The position numbers were made by a program, and so were the translations under genes. A DNA stretch of 64,000 bases from the human T2T-CHM13v2.0 reference genome, Homo sapiens: assembly GCF_009914755.1 (NCBI RefSeq), contig NC_060936.1, one strand, 5' to 3'. Positions 53,685 through 64,000 of the stretch are shown here, in pieces. The notes beneath the pieces are model-generated. The model ran no database searches and was not told where the DNA came from. It worked only from the letters and a program-made list of their open reading frames with translations. The first letter of the stretch is position 1, and every line of letters begins with the position of its first letter.

Positions 53685-54204
53685 TGTGGCAGTATATGCA
53701 ATCCCCAAAATATTGTTTTGATCTAAAGGCACTTAAAAAACAGCAGGTATAAGAAGGGCCCCTATGACCTCCCCTGCTTTTCCTGAAAACAAACAAACAA
53801 GCAAAAAACACATATGGAAGATGTTCTCCTTATACCAGGAGGAGAGTCACATTCTTGTCATCCAAGGACTAGAAACTGAGGCTGAGAGAAGTCTGTGCAA
53901 ACCAGCCTTGCAAACTAACCCACTCCTTTCCAGTCACTTCTCCACAATTAACTGCCCTAGTCCAAGTCCCCTTGCCTTGCAAAATTTTCATAACTTACTG
54001 CACTTTGTCCAACTCAGTATATAAGTGTTCAACTGTAACTGCTTATTTGGGTCTTCATTTTCTTATGGGGGCTCCTGTGCCATGTAAAACTTTTATTAAA
54101 TAATTCTGCATGCTCTTCTCTTGTTAATAGGTCTCAGGTCACTTTAACTTACAGGCCTACCAAAAACCCTAGGAGGATAGAGGTAAAATTTTGCCTACGC
54201 TACA
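53685..54204 (+). mobile_element. MER34-family ERV1 LTR
   Basis: CCCCAAAATA start region; GGGTCTTCATTTTC..GGCTCCTGTGCCATGTAAAACTT..ATTAAATA..TACA end. Confidence 0.65.
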
Positions 54205-54214
54205 TAAGTAAAGT

Positions 54215-54400
54215 TTAAGCACGTTTACAAGTATAAATTAACTTAATCCTCAAAATCTTTTTATAATGGAAATATTTTTATTAACTCCATTTTAAAAATT
54301 GCGGAAATTGGGGCACAGGAGTTAGCTTCTTGTGGCTACACAGCTGACATGCATTTAGTAGAGCTGGGATTTAGACCCAGACAATCTGGTACACTTTGTA
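54215..54400 (-). mobile_element. MIR
   Basis: TTAATCCTCA..CTCCATTTTA..GAGCTGGGATTTAGACCCAG. Confidence 0.7.
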
Positions 54401-55058
54401 GAGGGAAGCTATAATCACTCATTCATTTAATACATGGAATTGATTGAGTTTAACATGTAGAATATGAAGAAGGAAAATAAGTTAGAAAAAAGTGAATAAG
54501 TCTTGATTCTTGTCTTCAACTTACTCATAGTTTAATAGCAAATGCTAGGAAGGGCTGTTGGTGTTTAAGTATGTAACAATGGGGTGTTAAGTCTTCCTCA
54601 CTCTTCTGGCTCTTCATCCAACATAATTCCCTTCTTGGTCATTTTCCAGCCCCAGCTAAACTATCTGGCAGTAAATCCCTGAATAGATGCTACCTGATGG
54701 TTAAAACATTAGCTAAATGGCAGTCAAGAATACCATTCCTTGCTAGTAGTATTTGCCATTCAGTAAGAAAAGTATATGGAATCGATGACTTTCACATTCT
54801 ACAAGAATCAATCTTATATCTGTGGAATGAAGGGTAAATCTTTGCAAAGAGAAATACTGAGATTTGTGAAATGAACTTTATAAATCTTTAGACTGAGTTT
54901 CACTTGTAGCACTACCCAAGCTAACTAGATAACTGGGAGCATTTAGGCATCTGTCTCAGGATGTAAATTTAGAGGATAGGATTAAATAATATGTAAAATC
55001 AAGTCCAGTTCAAATACTCTGTGGATCTCTGGATTATACAAGTAAAAGACATACTTAC

Positions 55059-55427
55059 CTGGATTATCCCACATTTATCTGGGAATAAGTAGTTACATAA
55101 ATGTTGGAGTTGGTTTTAGAATTTACAGATTGTGGAGAATTTGTTTTATGATTTAAAGATTCGAAAAGGCTGTATGGCTATTTTTCAGTCTTCTTCTGTA
55201 GGCCAATAAGATGAATATAATTTGAGGACACTTAGTTAATGACAGCTCAATGTTAATTTTAACAGCTTCTGAGGGCATGTTACATAGTCTGTGAAGCAGT
55301 TTATATGCTTGGTATATTTTAGTACAGTACTTTAGAGCTATTTTTACAAGCAATTTGATATCTCCCTTATGTTTTGAATGAGGAAACAACAGAGGAACAA
55401 CAACTCCAGTGTCTAGCTTGAGGTCAA
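55059..55427 (-). other. Candidate exon (369 nt, or a 20-nt microexon at 55059-55078)
   Basis: Perfect donor CAG|GTAAGTAT; acceptor ttcttctctctcctttgctag; non-repeat sequence. Confidence 0.25.
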
Positions 55428-56554
55428 CTAGCAAAGGAGAGAGAAGAATGCAATCAAACTTACAGACCAAGCACATTTCAAGAGTCATTTTTTTCAAAAA
55501 CAATAGGACAAAAAATTATTCTCTGGGCTTTATTTTATCAAACTTATGAAGCAATTGATTTGCCAATTTACATTCATTTTGTTAAGCCCATTAAAATTTA
55601 TTATAACCATAATCAAAATAAGAAAAGACAATAATAAACCAGTCCATTTACTTTTTAATCAATTCTGTAGACAAATTAAATTTAAAATTCTCCATGAACT
55701 GCCATTTTAAGAGACATATCCAAAGAACACGAAGAATAAAGACAATCCTCTAATTCATTTCATTTCTCTTTCATGCACTGAAAACTTATATTTGAATAAA
55801 GGCAGACAAACAAAATATATCATGGTTCAGCAGGACATCTAATCTGTGGAAAATGCTATAGGAAAAAATACTTTCTTTTTAAATGTGTAGAACTCAGTTT
55901 CTCAAATATATTTAGATTGTGGCCAAAGTTATTGAATACCCTGTAATAATGGTTTTGAAAAAAGAAAAAGAGACTCTTTTTATTTAAAGTTTGGGTAATG
56001 CTACCATTTCTATTTTATTGTTTTCTAAGATAATTTTATCCTCAATTTGATATATTGCTTGTTAAAGTAAAATAGTATGTAATATTATTATGACTTATAC
56101 CTCTTGATGTATCTATATTTGTGTACAAATATATATTTGTGTGTATATACACGTTTTATGACAAAATGTTTTAGTCTTGATAATAACTTTTCAGAACTCC
56201 AATATAATAGCTACTTAATATGAAAAAGACATGCATATTAGTTTCCTGTGCTTGCTGTAACAAATTACCACAAATTTCATGAATTAAACCAGCATGAGAT
56301 TATTACCTTAACTTTCTGGAGGTCAGAAGTCCAAAAGTGGGTCCTACAGGAATAAAAGCAAGGAGTCAGGGGACTGTGTTTATTCTGGAGACTCTAGAGG
56401 TCCCAGCCCTTATCTTTTCCAGCTTCTAGAAACATCCTCTACTTTTTGGCTCCTGGCCCCTTGCAGGAATGCCACCTCTCTCTCCTCTGCTTCCCTTGTC
56501 ACATTTCCTTTTCTGACTCTGACCCTTCCACCTTGCTCTTACAAAAAACCTCAT

Positions 56555-56645
56555 GTATACCTACCTAACAAACCTGCAGGTTCTGCACATGTATCCTGGA
56601 ACTTAAAGTAAAATACAAAAAGTTAAAAAAAAAAAAAAAAAAAAA
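56555..56645 (+). mobile_element. Extremely 5'-truncated L1PA 3' end
   Basis: TAACAAACCTGCAGGTTCTGCACATGTATCCTGGAACTTAAAGTAAAAT followed by poly-A. Confidence 0.85.
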
Positions 56646-56649
56646 CGTT

Positions 56650-56973
56650 GGCCAGGCGCAGCGGCCTCACGCCTGTAATCCCAGTATTTGGGGAGGCTGA
56701 GGCGGGTGGATCATCTGAGGTCAGGAGTTTGAGACTAGCCTGGCCAACATGGCGAAACCCTGTCTGTGCTAATAATACAAAATAATAAGTTGGGCTTGGT
56801 GGCACACGCCTGTAATCCCAGCTACTCAGGAGGCTGAGGCAGGAGAATTGCTTGAACCTGGGAGGCAGAGGTGAGAACCGAGGTCGCACCACTGCACTCC
56901 AGCCTGGGCGATAAGACCAAAACTCCATCTCCAAACAAAACAAAACAAAACAAAACAAACAAACAAACAAAAA
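56650..56973 (+). mobile_element. AluS in the L1 poly-A tail
   Basis: Full dimer with a (CAAAA)n tail. Confidence 0.95.
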
Positions 56974-57755
56974 GAGTTAGAAAAAAAAAAAACCCTCATC
57001 TGATTCCATTGGCCTACCCAGATATTCTAAAATAATCTTCCCATCTGAAGATCCTTAATCACATCTGCAGTGCCATGTACAGTAACATAGTGACAAGTTT
57101 GGGGGATTAGGACCTGAACACCTTGGGGGAGATGTATTATTTTGCCTACCACAAAACCTCTGCCATACTATTTTCTATTTATTATGTGTGTTGGTGTGTA
57201 GGATTTGAAGACATATTTAACTGTGTATAGTTCATGCTGGAGAAGACAATATAAAACATAAAGTATGGCAATGAAAAGAATGTGTAAATTTTCAATTAAG
57301 ATTGGTTTATTTTTTCTAAATTTCTTCTGTGAAAAATGTTATATTGATCTAGAAAAGATATCATCTCACACAGGATATACTGCAACCCTAAAATCTTCAA
57401 AGGCCATTATAAAAGTACCTTGCCAAATCTTACACCTGGAAAAAAGTTATTCAAAGACTGGTATGAGATGTGTTGACAAATAATTAAAATAATTAAGGGG
57501 GAAGATTCTTTCTATTTGGGACACTTGCAATTGTGCTCTAAGCTATATTATCGATATTGTGAGAGCTACTATGTTAATAATAAAGATCAATGATGAATTC
57601 TTACTATGTGTTAACAGCCATACTACACCCTTTACATGCATATGCTTATTTTGTGCGATGTGCATTTTTATGATCCCACTTTGTAGATGAAGAAACTGAG
57701 GTTTCAGTTGCCTCAGCTATTACACAACTTTCTTGTTATTACATAAGTTGTGCTA

Positions 57756-58199
<444 letters not shown>

Positions 58200-59799
58200 T
58201 CATGTACCTTTCATAATATCCCTGGGAAATTTAGATTATACTTTTCATCTTTTAAAGTAGAAACTTGTGATCTAGCAATTTTATTTCAATCATTCTCCCA
58301 TTTTTTAACTTTCTAAGTAGTAGCATATAATGTATGAAAATAATGAACTAAACTTCAAGTCAGATCCTAATAATAAAAAATGTGTTTTTTCTTTGAACCT
58401 ATGGTAGATATTTTGATCTCTTCTTAAATTTTGAAACTGGTCACATGTTCAGGAAAGACCATTGATTTTGGAGAAAGTACAGATTATATTTGTATCTGTA
58501 TTTTGCAAATTACTCTCTGTGGGAAATAATTAACTTCCCAGAGCCTTGGATTCCTTATCTTTAAAATGGGGAAAACAACACTGGCACCATGGATTGTTAT
58601 AAACTCTCAAAAAAGCTAGATCCATTCTCTAATGGAGTATTATTTTTACAACATTCTCAAAAGGTAGAACTCTCCTCTTTTCCTTGATTATTTTGCTATT
58701 TATAAAGATATTCTGAAGCCTGTGGGGCTGAGTATGGAGGAAAGCTACATTTTCTTTTATTGTGTTGAGCAAATAGTTTCCCAACTCCTGTTTTTTTTTC
58801 TGTTTCTTTTTTTTTAAACAAACAAAAACACTACATTCTTGGTTGCTTTGAGCAGGGCTGGTTATTATTTCATTATAAATCAATCGAACATTTTCACAAT
58901 GACCAAATTACAATGGGATTCATTAGGAATTTTCAAGTTTGCCACTGTTCTTTGCATTCTCTCTTTCTCCCTTCCAAGAGATGCCAACATACTTACTGCG
59001 AATAAAAAGCCAACATGTCTCTGATTAGTCGAGTCCAATACTATGAAGAACATATAAAAGACCAATAATAAATAACCTTTTTAAAATGCTGCTTTTTTGA
59101 GATAATGCAGCTTCATGTTTTAACAAACCCAACCTGGAGTAATAAAGGTCTCTTCTGACACCCAAGACTAGCAGTAACTTGATTCCATCGAGGTCCAACT
59201 CTAAGTGGGTGTCAAGGCAGGAAGGACAACATTCATAGCAGTAATTTTAGAAATATTTTATTTAATTTCGAAACCCTTCTAGACACATTTACTTCATCTC
59301 CCATTTGCTTGGTGTGGAAAACCAATTACTTCGTGGTGATGATGCAGTCAAATCTGTAAACAGTTATTACATTTCAATTAGAGCTGCATGAAGCTATATA
59401 TTTGGCTCGCAAGAAATTAATGCAAATCTTTTTTGATATTTCAATACACAAGGGGTCATACCCCTACACATTTGGCTTTCAGTGTAACATTCAGAGCCAT
59501 TCAAATATCAAAGACTATTTTCCCAGCATAAAACATCTGGCCTGGAGTTAAAATCTCCTATAGCATTCATCTGTATTTAAACTCCCACCTACAAACTACA
59601 CCAGAAACTTTGCCAAAAGACGTCAACTTAGACCGGCTTTTTACTATAAAAGAAAATTTCTGGTGAATCTTTTACTATAAAACATAAACTTGATCACATT
59701 TGTGGTCTTGGTTGAACACTCATAAATCATTGAAACACAAACAAGAGTTTTTCATCATTGATAACAGGAATTACAGTGAGATGGAAGGATGAGAATAAG

Positions 59800-60010
59800 G
59801 AAACAAATACTTACTGAACACTTTCTATGTTCTAGTTACTGTTCTTGTATTATCTTACTAAATTCTTTCATTAGCACTGTGAGGCTATTTACCACCATTC
59901 TCCATCTAAGAACATTCAGATTCAGATTAAGAAACTTGTCTCGATCACATAGGTAGGTGGTGGTACTGGGAATGAAGCCAGATCTCTCTACTTCCAAAGC
60001 CTATGATGAT
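59800..60010 (-). mobile_element. MIR
   Basis: TACTTACTGAACACTTTCTATG..AAGAAACTTGTCTCGATCACATAG. Confidence 0.65.
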
Positions 60011-60065
60011 TATCCTGTCTCCCATTGTGCATAGATTTGAGGAATATAGTTAATGTTTATAATTA

Positions 60066-60447
60066 CAGTTGACCACTGAACAACATGGGTTTGAACTGTG
60101 TTGGTCCAATTATATGTGGATTTTCTTCAGCCTCTGCCATCTCTGAAACAGCAGGACCAACCCCTCCTCCTCATTCCCAGGCTACTGAACATGACGACCA
60201 TAAGGATAAAGACCTTTATGATGATTCATTTCCACTTAATGAATAGTAAACATATTATCTCTTCCTTATGATTTTCCTAAGAAAATTTTATTTTCTCTAG
60301 CTTACTTCATTGTGAGAATACAATATATAATACATACAACATACAAAATATGTATTGACTGCTTATGTTATAGGTAAGGCTTCTGGTCAACAATAGGCTA
60401 TTAGTAGCTAAGTTTAAGGGGAAGCAAAAGGTATACATAGGTTTTCT
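60066..60447 (+). mobile_element. Tigger2a (TcMar-Tigger), 3' TIR missing
   Basis: TA then CAGTTGACCACTGAACAACATGGGTTTGAACTG..GACCTTTATGATGAT..CCACTTAATGAATAGTAAA. Confidence 0.88.
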
Positions 60448-60843
60448 TGATTTTTCCATTGACCATTGCTTATCATAAATGCCTTTCAGAAGAACTGGGT
60501 TGGCCTGTCAACTCTTTACACAAGTACCTCTGATCCTCTTTAAAATCTCCATGTTACTTGAGGAAAAACGGAAGCTACAAAAGTCAAACGATAAAGGAAT
60601 TATTCTCTTCATTCCCAAGATGTGTTACATATGGTGGCAGTGGGGGGTGGGGAAGTGGGGAAGGAGAGAAAGCGTGCAGGCTGAATTTATTGAGGAGGAC
60701 TTCACACTTCCATCAGTTACCATGAAAAATAACATATGGACTGAACATTTATTCCAAGGAACAGATTTGTTTCTAGTTACTCTCCAGCAGTTGAAAGAGA
60801 AAGAAAAAAAAAAACATTTTAAAAGCCATCTGAAAATACTCAC

Positions 60844-60877
60844 CAAATGAGAGAAATAAGGTTGATCCCTTTTCAGA
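60844..60877 (-). other. Candidate 34-nt exon
   Basis: Minus strand: ttcttaatgttaattctgcag|TCTG...CATTTG|gtgagta; motif evidence only. Confidence 0.25.
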
Positions 60878-62229
60878 CTGCAGAATTAACATTAAGAAAA
60901 ATGAGTCATAACAATTCAATTTAAATGTATTGACTGAGCTACTATTATCATGAATCGACTTCTCCACTAGGGATGATGTGGTGCCTGTTCGCAAAAGTTT
61001 AAGTTCTAATTTTTTGGAGAAAAAGTGTCTTGCTGTATTTTTTTTCTGTTTTCAAATTATTTCCTTTCATTTATTTTCATCATTATCTTATACTTCGTCA
61101 GCCTTTTCAGTACCATGACAAAAATACCCCCAAAATTTATATCAGCAAATGGGGACACCTTCCTGTACCCCATCATTTGTATACAATCAATCATTTGCTT
61201 CATGTCACCCCAGCTACTGGTTTGAGTCTGGAACTATTCATAACTTTTGGCATTGTGAAATTCCTCAGGCTCAGTAAAAAAGCTTTGTCAAGAAACCAAA
61301 ATTAAAAAGTTAAGTTTAAAATTGTTTCTACCCTTCAGGCTCCTGACATACAAAAGTATTAACAGCATATGTCTACGTTAGATTTTTAAACCACAGGAGA
61401 GTTAAATAGGATGAGCTTTTTCAAAATACAGGGGTTTTTGAAAATAGAAAGCAAAAGAGGATAAGAGAGAAAGCCTCTAATTGCCTTCAAAAAAATACAT
61501 GAACTTTTCTCATGCACCCAGGCAAACTAATCTTATAAATGGGCCTTCCTTTTATGTGAGCTGTCACTTCTTTTAAAGCCAAGCTGAAGATTCTTCACCT
61601 ACAAGAAGCAGTCTCTGACAAACTCACTCCTTCTCCCCATTAAGACTTTCTCTTTTTTCCAATCATTGTCAGTGTGTGTAGTTGAGGTTATGTCTTGCTT
61701 TGTAATTGCTCCTTTAAATAGCTATTTATCTGACCTTCTGGGGGGGGGAAAAAAAGTATCTTTTGGAAATTCTTTTCAGTGAGGGTTGGTCATAGAAAAA
61801 GAGGTTGCAAAATTTAGACCTCCATAGTCTGAAAAGACAAATGCTCATCAAAACATAAAGTAGGTTTAGAATGAAAGTGAAATTATCATCAAATCCTGTT
61901 GTTAAGAAAAATAAAGGAAGTATTCTTTTAAATTACAGTAATGAGGAGACATAAAAATTACATTTTTAAGATACAAATAAATTTAGACTTGGGTGATCCA
62001 ATATGCACTTTCATGTGCTGGTGGATATTTTGAAAACATTCCCTCATCTTGAGATTGCTTTTTTCCCAAGTACGCCAACCTTCCCAGTCAAATTTTATTC
62101 CTTACACCACCTTAAGATGGATCATGGCTCTGATAGGCTGAGGTTGCATTCCTATCTTCAGTCTTAGAGAGACATCTGTTTACTAGAGCCTCATATTTTC
62201 TCCAGTTTCATTAAATCTTACATCATGCA

Positions 62230-63175
62230 AATCATATATAGACATCCCAAACCTAACATGTAAAAAATTGAAGTATTTATCCTCCACCCCAAATCTTTTT
62301 CTACCATAATGGCAACTTCCTCTTTCCAGTTGCTTATACTAAAATGTTGGAAGTCTTGATTGACTTCTGTCTTTCTCTCAGACCACTTATTCCATGGCTA
62401 AGAGAATCCTCTTGGCTCAACTTATAAATGTTTCTAATATCTGATAACCTTTCCCTATGGCCAGACTTACTATGAAGGTCCAAGCCACCACTGAATCTCA
62501 CTGAGCCACCTTCTAACTGTGCTTTCAGCTTCAACCCTGGGCCTTTCTATTTCCATATTGTGGGCAGAGTGGTCCTTTAGAAATGTAAGCTATATCAGGT
62601 CACTCCTCTGCTCAAAACATTCTACTGCATCCCTCCCCACTAGCAGAAAAAGCCAAACCCCTTAGAATCGCCTAACAGTTCCACATGATCTATGCTCCCA
62701 TCCATAACTCTCCACTCCTCATCGTCTCCTGCTTTCACAGGCTCACTTGGCTCTGGTTCACTGGTCTTCTATTTGTTCTTCAAATACAACATGTACAGTC
62801 CTGGCTCAGAATTTTTGAATTGGCTTTTCTTCATTCTCCTTAATGGGCCTCACCCATAAATGCATGTAGACCCTTTCCAAATCTCCTATACATATTTGAT
62901 CAATTGTCACCCTACCAGACAGGACCATCTCCACTACTCTGTTGAAAATTATAATTTCTCCGTCTCTTTTCATCCCCTTCCTTGCTTTATTTTTCCACAT
63001 CACCTTCTAATAAACCACAGAATTATTGTATTTTATTTTTTGTTTTTCTTCCACACTAGATAATAAACTCCACAAAAATAGGACTTTTGTCTATTTTTTT
63101 CCACCACTGTATCCAAGCATCTAGAATTGGGCCTACTACATCATAATGATAAATATTAGTAGAGTGATGGATTGC
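62230..63175 (+). mobile_element. L2 (L2a-like)
   Basis: CATCCCAAACCTAACATGT..GTCACTCCTCTGCTCAAAAC..CACTGTATCCAAGCATCTAGAA. Confidence 0.85.
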
Positions 63176-63664
63176 AATGCTATATACTTGCTTAGGAAAA
63201 TCTTTCGAAGGGTCTCATTACAAATATAAAAATCCTGCCAAAAACAAGAACTTAAGATAAAAACATACATAAAAGGTCATAGTAATTCTACTGCCTAGAC
63301 ACAGCTCATTAAATATGCACCTAATTTATCTATTGCCATGATGGAATTAATATAAGAGGAGGATAAAAATGAGAAGAAATATATGGAAGGAAAGATAAAA
63401 AGAGGGTCCCAGAAAGAGGAAGAGTCCATAGCTACTTAAACTAATTTAAATAAATTAGGATATGATTTAAAGTCTACTGACCTAATTTCTCATATTAGCT
63501 CTTCTTTGTTGCGTGACATATAATTTGCAATTTTATTACTTTCTCTGTAAAATGAGGCTCATAAAACCTAACTCTATAAAGCTTCCGTGAGAACAAGATG
63601 AAATGAGAAATAATAAGTGTCTAATATGGTGTCTGACATATAGAAGACACTCAAAAATAGAAGT

Positions 63665-63848
63665 TGTACCTGGTTTCCTATATGTGTTTATGTTTCCCAG
63701 GTCTCTCTGCAGAGAGGGCCTAGAAGCTGCGACACTCCAGGGCCAATGAATACAACTAATGCTCGGATCTTGATTTCCAATATCATTCTCCAAACAAACA
63801 AACATATAAACAGCTCCTTGAAAAAAAATACTAATTCTAGACTTGGGC

Positions 63849-63879
<31 letters not shown>

Positions 63880-63960
63880 AGATAAGCTTAGAATATTTTG
63901 TGGGGTCAGAAAGCAAGAAGTTGTTAAAATAAAAAAAAATGAAAAAAAGCAGCAGCAACA
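63665..63960 (+). mobile_element. L1MC/MD-like 3' UTR fragment
   Basis: GAGAGGGCCTAGAAGC..GATCTTGATTTCCAATATCATTCTCC..CAAGATAAGCTT..CAGAAAGCAAG. Confidence 0.6.
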
Positions 63961-64000
63961 GAGGTAGATGAGGGGAGGGGGGATGGTCATAAGAAAATAG

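Larger units (their letters stand above)
56232..57153 (-). mobile_element. MLT1C/D LTR split by L1 and Alu insertions
   Basis: ATTAGTTTCCTGTGCTTGCTGTAACAAATTACCACAAA..(56554); resumes at 57000 ..GATCCTTAATCACATCTGCA..TTTTGCCTACCACA. Confidence 0.85.

Noticed and set aside
55051-55062. ATACTTACCTGG is identical to the U1 snRNA 5' end
   Set aside because: Similarity stops after 12 nt (U1 continues CAGGGGAG). It is better explained as a minus-strand 5' splice-site motif than as a U1 pseudogene.

Overview
AT-rich primate, most likely human, genomic DNA that looks intronic or intergenic. It is dominated by interspersed repeats: 9 Alus, L1PB/L1MC/L1ME fragments, many L2 and MIR fragments, a CR1/L3 remnant, MaLR LTRs (MST, MLT1), ERV LTRs (MER68, MER21, MER34), DNA transposons (MADE1, MER20, Tigger2a) and one intact solo ERV9 LTR12C at 37201-38992. 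I recognise no protein-coding gene, RNA gene or CRISPR array. The only ORFs with a recognisable product are decayed L1 ORF2 fragments. I cannot support a claim of a new biological system. The most unusual structures are: a fold-back rearrangement cluster at 11.17-11.91 kb, with a 90-bp near-perfect palindrome plus tandem and inverted copies; a ~145-bp templated insertion with microhomology inside an L2; an LTR12C with apparently expanded U5 repeats; several local tandem duplications; candidate exons and regulatory islands; and a speculative remnant resembling a flavoprotein FAD-binding motif. Repeat subfamily names come from remembered consensus sequences, not from a RepeatMasker run. Boundaries of old repeats are approximate.
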